Source of the DNA: an uncultured Alphaproteobacteria bacterium
GTDB taxonomy: Bacteria; Pseudomonadota; Alphaproteobacteria; Rhizobiales; Beijerinckiaceae
Assembly (NCBI GenBank): GCA_963808525.1
Contig: CAWEGE010000014.1
Span: 52,736 to 116,735, forward strand
Direction: 5' to 3'
DNA: 64,000 nt
The notes under the pieces are model-generated. The model was not told the origin of the DNA. It worked only from the letters and a program-made list of their open reading frames with translations, and made no database searches. The stretch's first letter is position 1. Each line of letters opens with the position of its first letter. A program made the position numbers and the translations under genes. Shown here in pieces: positions 21,019-30,582 of this stretch.

Positions 21019-21921
21019 GTGATCGACAAGCTGGAGTTTTTCATCGCGCTCGCCGGGGAGCAGAGCTTCTCGCGCGCTGCGGAGGTGTGCGGCGTCACGC
21101 AGCCGACGCTGTCGGCCGGCGTGAAGCAGCTCGAGGAGATGCTCGGCGTGCTGCTCGTCAACCGCTCCTCGCGCTATCACGGGCTCACCCGCGAAGGCGA
21201 GCATGTGCTGGTCTGGGCGAAGCGCATCGTGGCGGACGCGCGGGCGATGCGGCAGGAGGCGAGATCGCTGCGCGACGGCCTCTCCGGCCAGCTCCGCCTC
21301 GCGGCCATCCCGACCGCGATGGGGGTCGTCACCGCGCTCTCGGGGCCGTTCATCGACAAGCATCCCGGCGTTCGCGTCAAGGTGATCAGCGCCGCCTCGG
21401 TGGACATTCTGGCCATGCTCGACAATCTCGAGATCGACGCCGGCCTCACCTATCTCGACAATGAGCCGCTCGGGCGAGTGCGGACCGTGCCCCTGTGGAA
21501 GGAGCGCTATCGGCTGCTGACCGTAGCCAGCAATCCGCTGGGCGACCGGCAGCGGGTGACCTGGGCCGAGGTGACGCGCCTTACGCTGTGCCTGCTCACG
21601 CCCGACATGCAGAATCGACGCATCATCGACCAGCTGATGCGGGAGGCCGGCGGGTCGGCGGAGACCGTGCTCGAATCGAACTCGGTCATTTTGCTCTACG
21701 ATCACGTCAAGGCCGGCCGCTGGGCGACGATCATGCCCGAAAAGCTCGCCGAGGCCCTCGAGGTCAAGGAGCCGCTGCGCTCGATCCCGATCGTCTCCCC
21801 CGAGGCGGTGCACGAGATCGGTCTTGTGGCGCCGCAGCGAGAGCCGGCGTCGCCGCTGGTCGCCGCCCTGCTCGCCGAGGCCGCCAAGCTCGCCGCGAGC
21901 GGCGCTCTGAACGCCCGATAG
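21019..21921 (+). CDS. fdsR: LysR-type regulator of the formate dehydrogenase operon
   Basis: HTH FSRAAEVCGVTQPTLSAGVKQLE; directly upstream of fdsG; GTG start. Confidence 0.82.
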   Translation: MIDKLEFFIALAGEQSFSRAAEVCGVTQPTLSAGVKQLEEMLGVLLVNRSSRYHGLTREGEHVLVWAKRIVADARAMRQEARSLRDGLSGQLRLAAIPTAMGVVTALSGPFIDKHPGVRVKVISAASVDILAMLDNLEIDAGLTYLDNEPLGRVRTVPLWKERYRLLTVASNPLGDRQRVTWAEVTRLTLCLLTPDMQNRRIIDQLMREAGGSAETVLESNSVILLYDHVKAGRWATIMPEKLAEALEVKEPLRSIPIVSPEAVHEIGLVAPQREPASPLVAALLAEAAKLAASGALNAR

Positions 21922-21934
21922 GGGGTTTCTATCG
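21916..21934. promoter_or_regulatory. Putative LysR (FdsR) recognition box upstream of fdsG
   Basis: Perfect dyad CGATAG-N7-CTATCG containing T-N11-A, about 120 bp upstream of fdsG. Confidence 0.6.
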
Positions 21935-22053
21935 TTCCACGGATCGGCGCCATTGATCGAGACCGCGAATTGCGGCAAGCTAGCGCTAACCGCCAATAAA
22001 AGGGGAAGTGGCGGCGCTCGAAAACAGCCGCGCTCAAGAATAAAAGGGAAGAA

Positions 22054-22527
22054 ATGTCGCAAGTCGCCTGGGACTCCTCGCGCGCGCAGGAGATCATAGA
22101 CGCGCACCTCCACTTGGAGGGCCCCGCGATGCCGATTTTGCATGCCTTGCAAGAAGAGTTCGGTTGCGTTCCCGAGTTGGCGGTGCCGCAGATCGCGCAG
22201 GCGCTCAACGTGTCGCGGGCCGAAATGCACGGCGTCGTCACCTTCTATCACGACTTTCGCAGGGAGCCGGCCGGCCGTCACGTGCTCAAGATTTGCCGAG
22301 CCGAATCCTGCCAGTCGATGGGATCGGAGAAGATCGCCCAGGAATTCTTGCAAAGAATCAAGACCGACTGGCATCACACGACGCCGGACGGCGCGCTGAC
22401 GGTCGAAGCGGTCTACTGCCTCGGGCTTTGCGCCCATAGCCCGTCCGCGCTTTTCGACGGCGAGCCGGTCGGGCGCGTCGACGCGGACAAGCTCGACGAG
22501 ATCGCCGCGGAGGCGCGTCAGTCATGA
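22054..22527 (+). CDS. fdsG: NAD-dependent formate dehydrogenase gamma subunit (NuoE-like)
   Basis: MHGVVTFYHDF, CRAESC and YCLGLC [2Fe-2S] ligands. Confidence 0.95.
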   Translation: MSQVAWDSSRAQEIIDAHLHLEGPAMPILHALQEEFGCVPELAVPQIAQALNVSRAEMHGVVTFYHDFRREPAGRHVLKICRAESCQSMGSEKIAQEFLQRIKTDWHHTTPDGALTVEAVYCLGLCAHSPSALFDGEPVGRVDADKLDEIAAEARQS

Positions 22528-24077
22528 CGAAAGTCTTCGTTCCCCTCGACATGGCCGCCAAGGCCATGGGCGCCGACAAGGTCGCAGCAGCGATCGCCGC
22601 AGAGGCGAAAGCCCGCGGCCAAACGGTTCAGATCGTGCGCAACGGCTCGCGCGGACTGCTGTGGCTCGAGCCGCTCGTCGAGGTCGAGACGCCGCAAGGC
22701 CGCATCGGCTACGGCAATGTTTCGGCCAAGGACGTCGCATCGCTCTTCGATTCGGGCTTTCTCGGCGGCGCTCCGCACAAGCTGTCGATCGGCAAGGTCG
22801 AGGATCATCCTTTCTGGAAGCGCCAGCATCGCGTGACCTTCAAGCGCTGCGGAATCACCGATCCGCTTTCGCTTTCCGAATATGAGTCGCTCGGCGGCGG
22901 CATCGGACTTGCTAAGGCTTTCGCTATGTCGCCCCCGGAAGCCATAGCCGAAGTGACGAAGTCCGGCCTGCGCGGACGCGGCGGCGCGGGCTTCCCTACT
23001 GGAATCAAATGGAAGACGGTCGCCGACACGCCGGCGGACCGGCGCTACGTGGTCGTGAACGCCGACGAAGGCGACAGCGGCACCTTCGCCGACCGTATGA
23101 TCATGGAAGGCGACCCCTTCGCGCTGATCGAGGGCATGATCATCGCGGGCTATGCGGTGAACGCCTCCAAGGGCTTTGTCTATCTGCGCTCGGAATATCC
23201 GCAGACGGCGGTGGTCTTCGGCAAGGCGATCGAGATCCTGCGTGAGGCGGGATGGCTCGGGCCCAAGGTGCGCGGTTCGAATTTCGCCTTCGACCTCGAG
23301 TTGCGCATCGGCGCCGGCGCTTATGTCTGCGGCGAGGAAACCTCGCTGCTGGAGAGCCTCGAGGGCAAGCGCGGCATCGTGCGCGCCAAGCCGCCCTTCC
23401 CGGCCATCGCCGGCCTCTTCGAGCGGCCGACGATCGTCAACAACGTACTCTCGATCGCGACGATCCCGATGATCTTCGAAGAGGGCGCGCAAGCCTACGC
23501 CGACTGCGGCGTCGGGCGCTCGCGCGGCACCATGCCGCTGCAGATCGCCGGGAACGTCAAATATGGCGGACTCTGCGAGGTCGATTTCGGATTGACGCTC
23601 GGCGAGATCGTCAATGAGATCGGCGGCGGAACTCACTCCGGGCGGCCGGTGCGCGCCGTGCAATGCGGCGGCCCGCTCGGCGCCTATGTGCCGGTCAAGG
23701 ACTTCGACCTGATCTTCGACTACGAGGACTTCACCAAGCGCGACGCGCTGATCGGCCATGGCGGCCTGGTCGTCTTCGACGACACGGTCGACATGCTGCA
23801 GATGGCGCGCTTCGGCATGGAATTCTGCGCAATCGAAAGCTGCGGCAAATGCACGCCTTGTCGCATCGGCTCGACGCGTGGCGTCGAGACGATCGACAAG
23901 ATCAAAGCCGGTCAGAACGTGGAGGCGGAGATCGCACTGCTCGAGGATCTCTGCAACACGATGAAGTTTGGATCGCTCTGCGCGCTCGGGGGCTTCGCGC
24001 CCTATCCCGTGCTCAGCGCGCTGCGTCATTTTCCCGAAGACTTCCAGAAGAAGTCCGTTCCCGCCGCCGCGGAATGA
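22524..24077 (+). CDS. fdsB: Formate dehydrogenase beta subunit (NuoF-like, FMN/NADH)
   Basis: LRGRGGAGFPTG, NADEGDSGTF, GAGAYVCGEE and ESCGKCTPC motifs. Confidence 0.96.
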   Translation: MTKVFVPLDMAAKAMGADKVAAAIAAEAKARGQTVQIVRNGSRGLLWLEPLVEVETPQGRIGYGNVSAKDVASLFDSGFLGGAPHKLSIGKVEDHPFWKRQHRVTFKRCGITDPLSLSEYESLGGGIGLAKAFAMSPPEAIAEVTKSGLRGRGGAGFPTGIKWKTVADTPADRRYVVVNADEGDSGTFADRMIMEGDPFALIEGMIIAGYAVNASKGFVYLRSEYPQTAVVFGKAIEILREAGWLGPKVRGSNFAFDLELRIGAGAYVCGEETSLLESLEGKRGIVRAKPPFPAIAGLFERPTIVNNVLSIATIPMIFEEGAQAYADCGVGRSRGTMPLQIAGNVKYGGLCEVDFGLTLGEIVNEIGGGTHSGRPVRAVQCGGPLGAYVPVKDFDLIFDYEDFTKRDALIGHGGLVVFDDTVDMLQMARFGMEFCAIESCGKCTPCRIGSTRGVETIDKIKAGQNVEAEIALLEDLCNTMKFGSLCALGGFAPYPVLSALRHFPEDFQKKSVPAAAE

Positions 24078-24089
24078 GGAGCTAACCCC

Positions 24090-26969
24090 ATGAGCGTCAT
24101 TAAAGAGATCGACTACGGCACTCCGGCCTCACAGTCTCAAAATATGGTGACTTTGACCATCGACGGTCAGTCGGTCACCGTGCCCGAAGGCACGTCGATC
24201 ATGCGCGCGGCGATGCAGATCGGCAATGAGATCCCCAAGCTTTGCGCCACCGACAGCATCAAGGCCTTCGGCTCCTGCCGCTTGTGCCTCGTCGAGATCG
24301 ACGGCCGCGGCGGTCTGCCGGCCTCATGCACGACGCCGGTTGCGGCGGGAATCAAGGTTCACACCCAGACGCCGCGCCTGAAGGCGGTCCGGCGCGGCGT
24401 GATGGAGCTCTATATCTCCGACCATCCGCTCGACTGTCTGACCTGCGCCGCCAATGGAGACTGCGAATTGCAGGACATGGCCGGAGCGGTCGGCCTGCGC
24501 GACGTCCGCTACGGCTATGACGGCGACAATCACGTCTTCGCGCGCAACAGCGGCGAAGCCAATTTCAAATGGCTGCCGAAGGACGAGTCGAACCCCTACT
24601 TCAGCTACGATCCGTCGAAATGCATCGTCTGCAATCGATGCGTGCGCGCTTGCGAGGAGGTGCAGGGCACCTTCGCGCTGACGATCTCCGGCCGCGGCTT
24701 CGAGAGCCGCGTCTCGCCCGGCATGTCGGAAGCCTTCATGGAGTCCGAATGCGTCTCCTGCGGCGCCTGCGTGCAGGCCTGCCCCACCGCGACGCTCATC
24801 GAGAAGTCGGTCGTCGCCGCTGGCCAGCCCGAGCATTCCGCGGTGACCACCTGCGCCTATTGCGGCGTGGGCTGCACCTTCAAGGCCGAGATGCGCGGCG
24901 AGGAAGTCATCCGCATGGTCCCCTGGAAGGACGGCAAGGCCAACCACGGCCACAGCTGCATCAAGGGCCGCTTCGCCTATGGCTATGCGCATCATCAGGA
25001 CCGCGTGCTCGAGCCGATGATCCGCGACAAGATCACCGAGCCTTGGCGCGTCGTCTCCTGGGAGGAGGCGATCGCCTTCACGGCGCGGCGCTTTAAGGAG
25101 GTCCAGGCCAAGTATGGCAAGGATTCCGTCGGCGTCATCACCTCCTCGCGCTGCACGAATGAGGAGAGCTATCTCGTCCAGAAGCTCGCCCGCGCGGGCT
25201 TCGGCAATAACAATACCGACACTTGCGCGCGCGTTTGCCATTCTCCGACGGGCTACGGCCTGAACCAGGCTTTCGGCACCTCGGCCGGCACGCAGGATTT
25301 CAACTCGGTCGACGAGGCCGACGTCATCGTGGTGATCGGCGCCAATCCGACCGACGCGCACCCGGTCTTCGGCTCGCGCATGAAGGCGCGGTTGCGCCAG
25401 GGCGCGAAGCTCATCGTCATCGATCCGCGCAAGATCGACCTCGTGCGCTCCCCGCACATCGAGGCCACCCATCATCTGCCGCTGAAGCCCGGCACGAATG
25501 TCGCCGTCGTGACGTCGATGGCGCATGTGATCGTCACCGAAGGGCTCGTGAACGAGAATTTCATTCGCGAGCGCTGCAACAAGGACGAGTATCAGGACTG
25601 GGCCGCTTTCGTCTCCGAGGAGCGCAACAGTCCCGAGGCGACAGAGAAATACACCGGCGTTCCCGCTGCGGAGCTGCGCGCCGCGGCGCGCCTCTACGCC
25701 ACGGGCGGCAATGGCGCGATCTATTACGGCCTTGGCGTCACCGAGCACAGCCAGGGGTCGACGACGGTCATGGGCATCGCCAATCTCGCGATGGTGACCG
25801 GCAATCTGGGCCGTCGCGGCGTCGGCGTGAATCCGCTGCGCGGACAAAACAATGTCCAGGGCTCCTGCGACATGGGCTCCTTCCCGCATGAGCTGCCGGG
25901 CTATCAGCACATCTCGAACGAGGCCGCGCGCGAGACCTTCGAGGCGGAATGGGGGGTCAAGCTCGATTCCGAGCCCGGCCTGCGCATCCCGAACATGTTC
26001 GACGCGGCGATCGAGGGCACGTTCAAGGGCCTCTATGTGCAGGGTGAGGACATTCTGCAGTCCGACCCGAACACCAAGCACGTGTCCGCGGGCCTCGCGG
26101 CCATGGATCTCGTCGTCGTGCAGGACCTTTTCCTCGTCGAGACGGCGAATTACGCCCATGTGTTCCTGCCGGGCGCGACCTTCCTCGAGAAGGACGGCAC
26201 CTTCACCAACGCCGAGCGCCGCATTCAGCTCGTGCGCAAGGTGATGAGCCCGCAGAACGGCTATGGCGACTGGGAGATCACCCAGCTCATCGCCCAGGCC
26301 ATGGGTCTCGACTGGAACTATAAGCACCCGAGCGAGATCATGGACGAGATCGCGCGGCTCACCCCGAGCTTCCGCCGCGTTTCCTACCAGCGTCTCGAGG
26401 AGGAAGGCTCGGTGCAGTGGCCGTGCAACGACGAGCACCCGCATGGCGTGCCGATCATGCACATCGACAAATTCGCCCGCGGCAAGGGCAAGTTCGTCAT
26501 CACCGAATATGTGCCGACCGACGAGAAGACCGGACCGCGATTCCCGCTGCTGCTCACGACGGGGCGCATCCTCTCGCAATACAACGTCGGCGCGCAGACG
26601 CGACGCACCGATAATAGCAGCTGGCATCCCGAGGACGTGCTGGAGATCAACCCGCACGACGCCGAGGAGCGCGGGGTCAAGGACGGCGACTGGGTGCGCG
26701 TGCAGAGCCGCGCCGGCGAAGCCTCACTGCGCGCCAAGATCAGCGAGCGCATGGCGCCGGGCGTCGTCTACACGACGTTCCATCATCCGCAGAGCCAGGC
26801 GAACGTCATCACCACCGACAATTCCGACTGGGCGACAAACTGTCCGGAATATAAAGTGACGGCGGTGCAGGTGTCGCCGACGAACGGCCCGTCCGAATGG
26901 CAGGAGAAATACGCCGCCCTGTCGGAGGCGAGCCGCCGCATCAACTCCGGGGTCGAAGCCGCGGAATGA
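24090..26969 (+). CDS. fdsA: Formate dehydrogenase alpha subunit (Mo-bisPGD)
   Basis: NuoG-like FeS clusters, TCAYCGVGC, active-site CARVCH (Cys, not Sec) and LRGQNNVQG. Confidence 0.97.
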   Translation: MSVIKEIDYGTPASQSQNMVTLTIDGQSVTVPEGTSIMRAAMQIGNEIPKLCATDSIKAFGSCRLCLVEIDGRGGLPASCTTPVAAGIKVHTQTPRLKAVRRGVMELYISDHPLDCLTCAANGDCELQDMAGAVGLRDVRYGYDGDNHVFARNSGEANFKWLPKDESNPYFSYDPSKCIVCNRCVRACEEVQGTFALTISGRGFESRVSPGMSEAFMESECVSCGACVQACPTATLIEKSVVAAGQPEHSAVTTCAYCGVGCTFKAEMRGEEVIRMVPWKDGKANHGHSCIKGRFAYGYAHHQDRVLEPMIRDKITEPWRVVSWEEAIAFTARRFKEVQAKYGKDSVGVITSSRCTNEESYLVQKLARAGFGNNNTDTCARVCHSPTGYGLNQAFGTSAGTQDFNSVDEADVIVVIGANPTDAHPVFGSRMKARLRQGAKLIVIDPRKIDLVRSPHIEATHHLPLKPGTNVAVVTSMAHVIVTEGLVNENFIRERCNKDEYQDWAAFVSEERNSPEATEKYTGVPAAELRAAARLYATGGNGAIYYGLGVTEHSQGSTTVMGIANLAMVTGNLGRRGVGVNPLRGQNNVQGSCDMGSFPHELPGYQHISNEAARETFEAEWGVKLDSEPGLRIPNMFDAAIEGTFKGLYVQGEDILQSDPNTKHVSAGLAAMDLVVVQDLFLVETANYAHVFLPGATFLEKDGTFTNAERRIQLVRKVMSPQNGYGDWEITQLIAQAMGLDWNYKHPSEIMDEIARLTPSFRRVSYQRLEEEGSVQWPCNDEHPHGVPIMHIDKFARGKGKFVITEYVPTDEKTGPRFPLLLTTGRILSQYNVGAQTRRTDNSSWHPEDVLEINPHDAEERGVKDGDWVRVQSRAGEASLRAKISERMAPGVVYTTFHHPQSQANVITTDNSDWATNCPEYKVTAVQVSPTNGPSEWQEKYAALSEASRRINSGVEAAE

Positions 26970-27799
26970 GCGAGGGAGGGGTCCCTGCGCCCGTCGTCAC
27001 GGCGGCCTGCCTCGCGCGCCGCTGCGACGCGCTGGCGCCGGGCTCCCGTCTGATCCCGGAAGAGACGCCAATCGCCTTCACCTACGGCGGCACGACCCAT
27101 GCCGTCATGATGGCGACGCCCGACGATCTTGAGGATTTCGCGACGGGCTTCGCGCTGACCGAGGGCCTGATCGAGCCCGAGGCGGGCGCGCTCGAGGTCG
27201 AGATCGTCGCAAGCGAGCTCGGCGTCGAGCTGCGCAGCTGGCTTCCAGGCGACCGCCAGCGACAATACGCCGCGCGTCGCCGCTCCATGGCGGGGCCGAC
27301 AGGGTGCGGCCTCTGCGGCATAGAGAGCCTCGAGCAGGCGGCGCGCAAGCCGCCGCAGCTTGGGGACGGCTTCCGCGTCAAGTCGACGCAGCTTATCGAA
27401 GCCATGGATCGGATGCCCGACCGGCAGATCTTCAACCGGCAAACGCGCGCCGTCCACGCCGCCGCCTTCTGGCGTCCGCTCGACGACCTGCTGGTGCTGC
27501 GAGAGGACGTGGGACGACACAACGCGCTCGACAAGCTCGCCGGCGCGCTGCTGCGGGAGGGGGTCTCGGGCAGGGACGGCGTCGTGCTGATGACGAGCCG
27601 GGTGTCCGTCGAGCTTATTCAGAAAGCGGCGCGGATTGGCGCGCCGGTCATCGCGGCGATCTCGGCGCCGACGGCGCTCGCCGTGCGCACCGCGCAAGCT
27701 TGCGGCATGACGCTCGTCGCGGTAATGCGAGGGCGAGACTTCGAAGTCTTCACCCATCCCGAACGCATCGTGGAGCCGGCGCCAATCCATGTCGCATAG
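26966..27799 (+). CDS. fdsC: FDH accessory sulfurtransferase FdsC/FdhD
   Basis: MMATPDDLEDFATGF, GCGLCG, EDVGRHNALDK and TSRVSVELIQK motifs; ATGA overlap with fdsA. Confidence 0.93.
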   Translation: MSEGGVPAPVVTAACLARRCDALAPGSRLIPEETPIAFTYGGTTHAVMMATPDDLEDFATGFALTEGLIEPEAGALEVEIVASELGVELRSWLPGDRQRQYAARRRSMAGPTGCGLCGIESLEQAARKPPQLGDGFRVKSTQLIEAMDRMPDRQIFNRQTRAVHAAAFWRPLDDLLVLREDVGRHNALDKLAGALLREGVSGRDGVVLMTSRVSVELIQKAARIGAPVIAAISAPTALAVRTAQACGMTLVAVMRGRDFEVFTHPERIVEPAPIHVA

Positions 27800-28025
27800 C
27801 TCGATCGACACTTTGGTGAAAATGGCCAATCAGATCGGCCAGTTCTTCTCCGCGCAGAAAAACAGCGATCAAGTGGCGGGCGCTGCGGAGCATCTCAAGC
27901 AATTCTGGGCGCCGCGCATGCGCGCGGCCATCGCCGACTATGTCGCGAGGGGTGGAAAGGACTTGAATCCCACCGCGCTCGGAGCCGTCAGGCGCATCTC
28001 TTCACAAAACGCCCCAGCGGAGTAG
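27789..28025 (+). CDS. fdsD: Formate dehydrogenase delta subunit, copy 1
   Basis: LVKMANQIGQFF...HLKQFWAPRMR. Confidence 0.92.
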   Translation: MSHSSIDTLVKMANQIGQFFSAQKNSDQVAGAAEHLKQFWAPRMRAAIADYVARGGKDLNPTALGAVRRISSQNAPAE

Positions 28026-28035
28026 GCACAGCTGC

Positions 28036-28302
28036 ATGTCGCATAATACAGTCGATACGCTGGTGAAAATGGCCAATCAGATCGGGCTTTTCTTCTCGGC
28101 GCAAAAATCTGGAGACCAGGCGGCCTCCGCCGCGGATCATTTGAGGAAGTTCTGGGATCCGCGCATGCGCGCCGGCATCATCGACTATGTCGCGAGTGGC
28201 GGAGAGGGCTTGAACCCCACGGCGCTCGAAGCCGTCAAGCGCCTCACGCGCCCCGGCGGATATCGCGGCTCCACCCTGCGCTCGGGCGGGGAGGACGGCT
28301 GA
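28036..28302 (+). CDS. fdsD: Formate dehydrogenase delta subunit, copy 2 (diverged tandem paralog)
   Basis: LVKMANQIGLFF...HLRKFWDPRMR, with a 10-aa longer C-terminus. Confidence 0.9.
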   Translation: MSHNTVDTLVKMANQIGLFFSAQKSGDQAASAADHLRKFWDPRMRAGIIDYVASGGEGLNPTALEAVKRLTRPGGYRGSTLRSGGEDG

Positions 28303-28332
28303 TCCGGCGCGGCGACATGAGAGGCGAAGCTT

Positions 28333-30455
28333 ATGTTCGCTAAGGGCGCTCGCGATCCCGCCTCCACTTTCGCCCAAGCGACGCCGCCGCAGGCCGAGCG
28401 CAAGCCGACGCAGCGCCAGTTCCACGGACGCCTCGTCGAAGACGATTACGCGTGGCTCGCGGCGGAGAACTGGCGCGAGGCCTTGCGCGATCCCCGCGCC
28501 CTGCCCCGCGATATCGCAAGCCTGCTCGAAGCCGAGAACGTTCATTGCGCGGCGGCGCTCGCGCCCGCCAAGATGCTGCGCGAGACACTCGCGTCGGAAA
28601 TGCGCGCGCGCATCAAGGAAGATGACGCAGAGCCGCCCACGCCGGACGGCCCTTACTCCTACTACCAGCGCTATCGTGAAGGCGCGGAACATTCGCTCTA
28701 TTGCCGGCGCCCGCGCGGCGGCGGCGAAGAGGAGGTTCTCCTCGATGGCGAGGCTCTCGCCAAGGGCCGGGAGTTTTTCGAGATCGGCGACGCCGCGCAT
28801 ACGCGCGATCACGGCGCGCTCGCCTGGAGCCTCGACGACAAGGGCTCAGAACTCTACGCCATCCGCACGCGCAGCTTGAGCGACGGACGTGACCGCGCCG
28901 ACATCGTTCGCGACACGGACGGCTCCATCGTCTGGAGCCGCGACGGCTCGAGCTTTCTTTACGTTCGCGTCGACGAGGACCACCGCACAAACGCAGTTCT
29001 CCTTCACAAGGTCGGCTCCTCGCAGCGCAAGGATCAAGTGTTGATCGAGGAGCGCGATCCGGCCTGGTTCGTGTCGCTCGGCGAGAGCCGCTGCGGACGC
29101 TTCGCCGTCGTCACGATCCACGGTCACGACGCGAGCGAATGCCATCTGATCGACCTTGTCGATACGGACGCCCCGCCGCGCCGGGTCGCCCCGCGCGAAA
29201 ACGGTCTGCGCTACGAGGTCGAGCCGCACGGCGACCAGCTTTTCATCCTCGCCAATGCCGAAGCCGCCGAGGACTTCGCGATTTTTTCGGCGCCGCTGAG
29301 CTCCATATCGCGCGCGGATTGGCGCGCCGTCGTTGCGCATCGCAAAGGCCGAATGCTTGTCGCGATGACCGTCTATGCGCGTCATCTTGTCTGGATCGAA
29401 CGCGAGAACGCGCTGCCGCGTCTCGTCATCCGCGAGATCGAAAGCGGCGCCGAGCACGCCATTGACTTCGCGGAAGAGGCCTATTCGCTGGAGCTCGCGC
29501 CCGGCCTGGAGTTCGAGACAACAACGCTGCGCTTCGTTTATTCCTCGCCGACGACGCCCGACGAGACGTACGACTACGACATGATGACGCGCGAGCGCGC
29601 TCTCATCAAACGCCTGGAGATTCCAAGCGGCCATGACCCGAGAAACTATGTCGCGCGCCGCAGCTCGGCGAAGGCTTTAGATGGCGAGAGCGTGCCGATC
29701 ACGCTCCTGTATCGCAAGGAGTTCGTGCCCGGCGAAGGCGCGCCGCTTCTGCTTTATGGCTATGGCGCCTACGGCGACTCGCTCGACGGGGAATTCGATT
29801 CCGACGTGCTCTCGCTCGTTGATCGCGGCTTTGTTTATGCGCTCGCGCATGTGCGCGGCGGAACGGAGCGCGGCTGGAGCTGGTACGAGAACGGCAAGCT
29901 CGAGCATAAGACGAACAGCTTTTCCGATTTCATCGCCTGCGCGCTGCGCTGATCGAGCGGGCTTCACGCGCGAGGGACGATCGTCGCGCAGGGCGGCTCG
30001 GCCGGCGGCCTGTTGATGGGCGCCATCGTCAACATGGCGCCGGAGCTTTTCGCCGGCGTCATCGCCGAGGTGCCCTTCGTCGACGCGTTGAACACGATTC
30101 TGCGCGCCGACCTGCCGCTGACACCCCCCGAGTGGCTCGAATGGGGCAATCCGATCGAGGATACAGAGGCCTTTGACCGCATCGCGGGCTATTCCCCCTA
30201 CGACAACGTCAAGGCGCAACGCTATCCGCCGATTTGGCGCTCGCCGGATTGACAGATCCGCGCGTGACCTATTGGGAGCCGTTAAAGTGGGTGCAAAAGT
30301 TGCGCGCGACAATGACGGGCGGCGGGCCCGTGCTCCTCAAGACTCAAATGGGCGCGGGACACGCCGGCGCCTCGGGCCGCTTCAAGTCTCTGGAGGAGAC
30401 CGCGCTGGAATGGGCCTTCGCGCTGATGTGCGTGGGATTGGACAAGAGCGCGTAA
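28333..30455 (+). CDS. ptrB: Oligopeptidase B (S9A), frameshifts near 29940-29985 and 30232
   Basis: DDYAWL, LLYGYGAYG and HVRGG; catalytic GGSAGG at about 29993; EWGNP; GLTDPRVTYWEP; GHAG His. The 30232 break is a missing T in ATTTTGG. Confidence 0.9.
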
Positions 30456-30458
30456 AAG

Positions 30459-30582
30459 CCCCCCGGCTCTCCTCCGCTTTGCGGGAGAGGGGCGGAACTC
30501 GGGGACTTCATTCACATTCGGCGAGACGCTGATCGTTAGGGTCCCCTCTCCCGCTTGCGGGGGAGGGCCAGGGAGGGGGCGG
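30459..30582. repeat. REP-like palindromic element, same family as 4664-4791
   Basis: CTCTCCTCCGCTTTGCGGGAGAGGGG and GTCCCCTCTCCCGCTTGCGGGGGAGGGCCAGGGAGGGGG. Confidence 0.75.

Noticed and set aside
24324-26657. 777-aa ORF antisense to fdsA, and similar long shadows at 47484-49625, 38658-40127, 60614-62392, 22518-24029 and 20986-22437
   Set aside because: These mirror well-supported genes on the opposite strand. High GC3 codon bias depletes stops in the antisense frame, and they show no motifs or RBS.
29950-29952. TGA readthrough or selenocysteine in ptrB; Sec in fdsA
   Set aside because: The ptrB TGA arises from a local frame slip. The FdsA active-site ligand is encoded as Cys (CARVCH).
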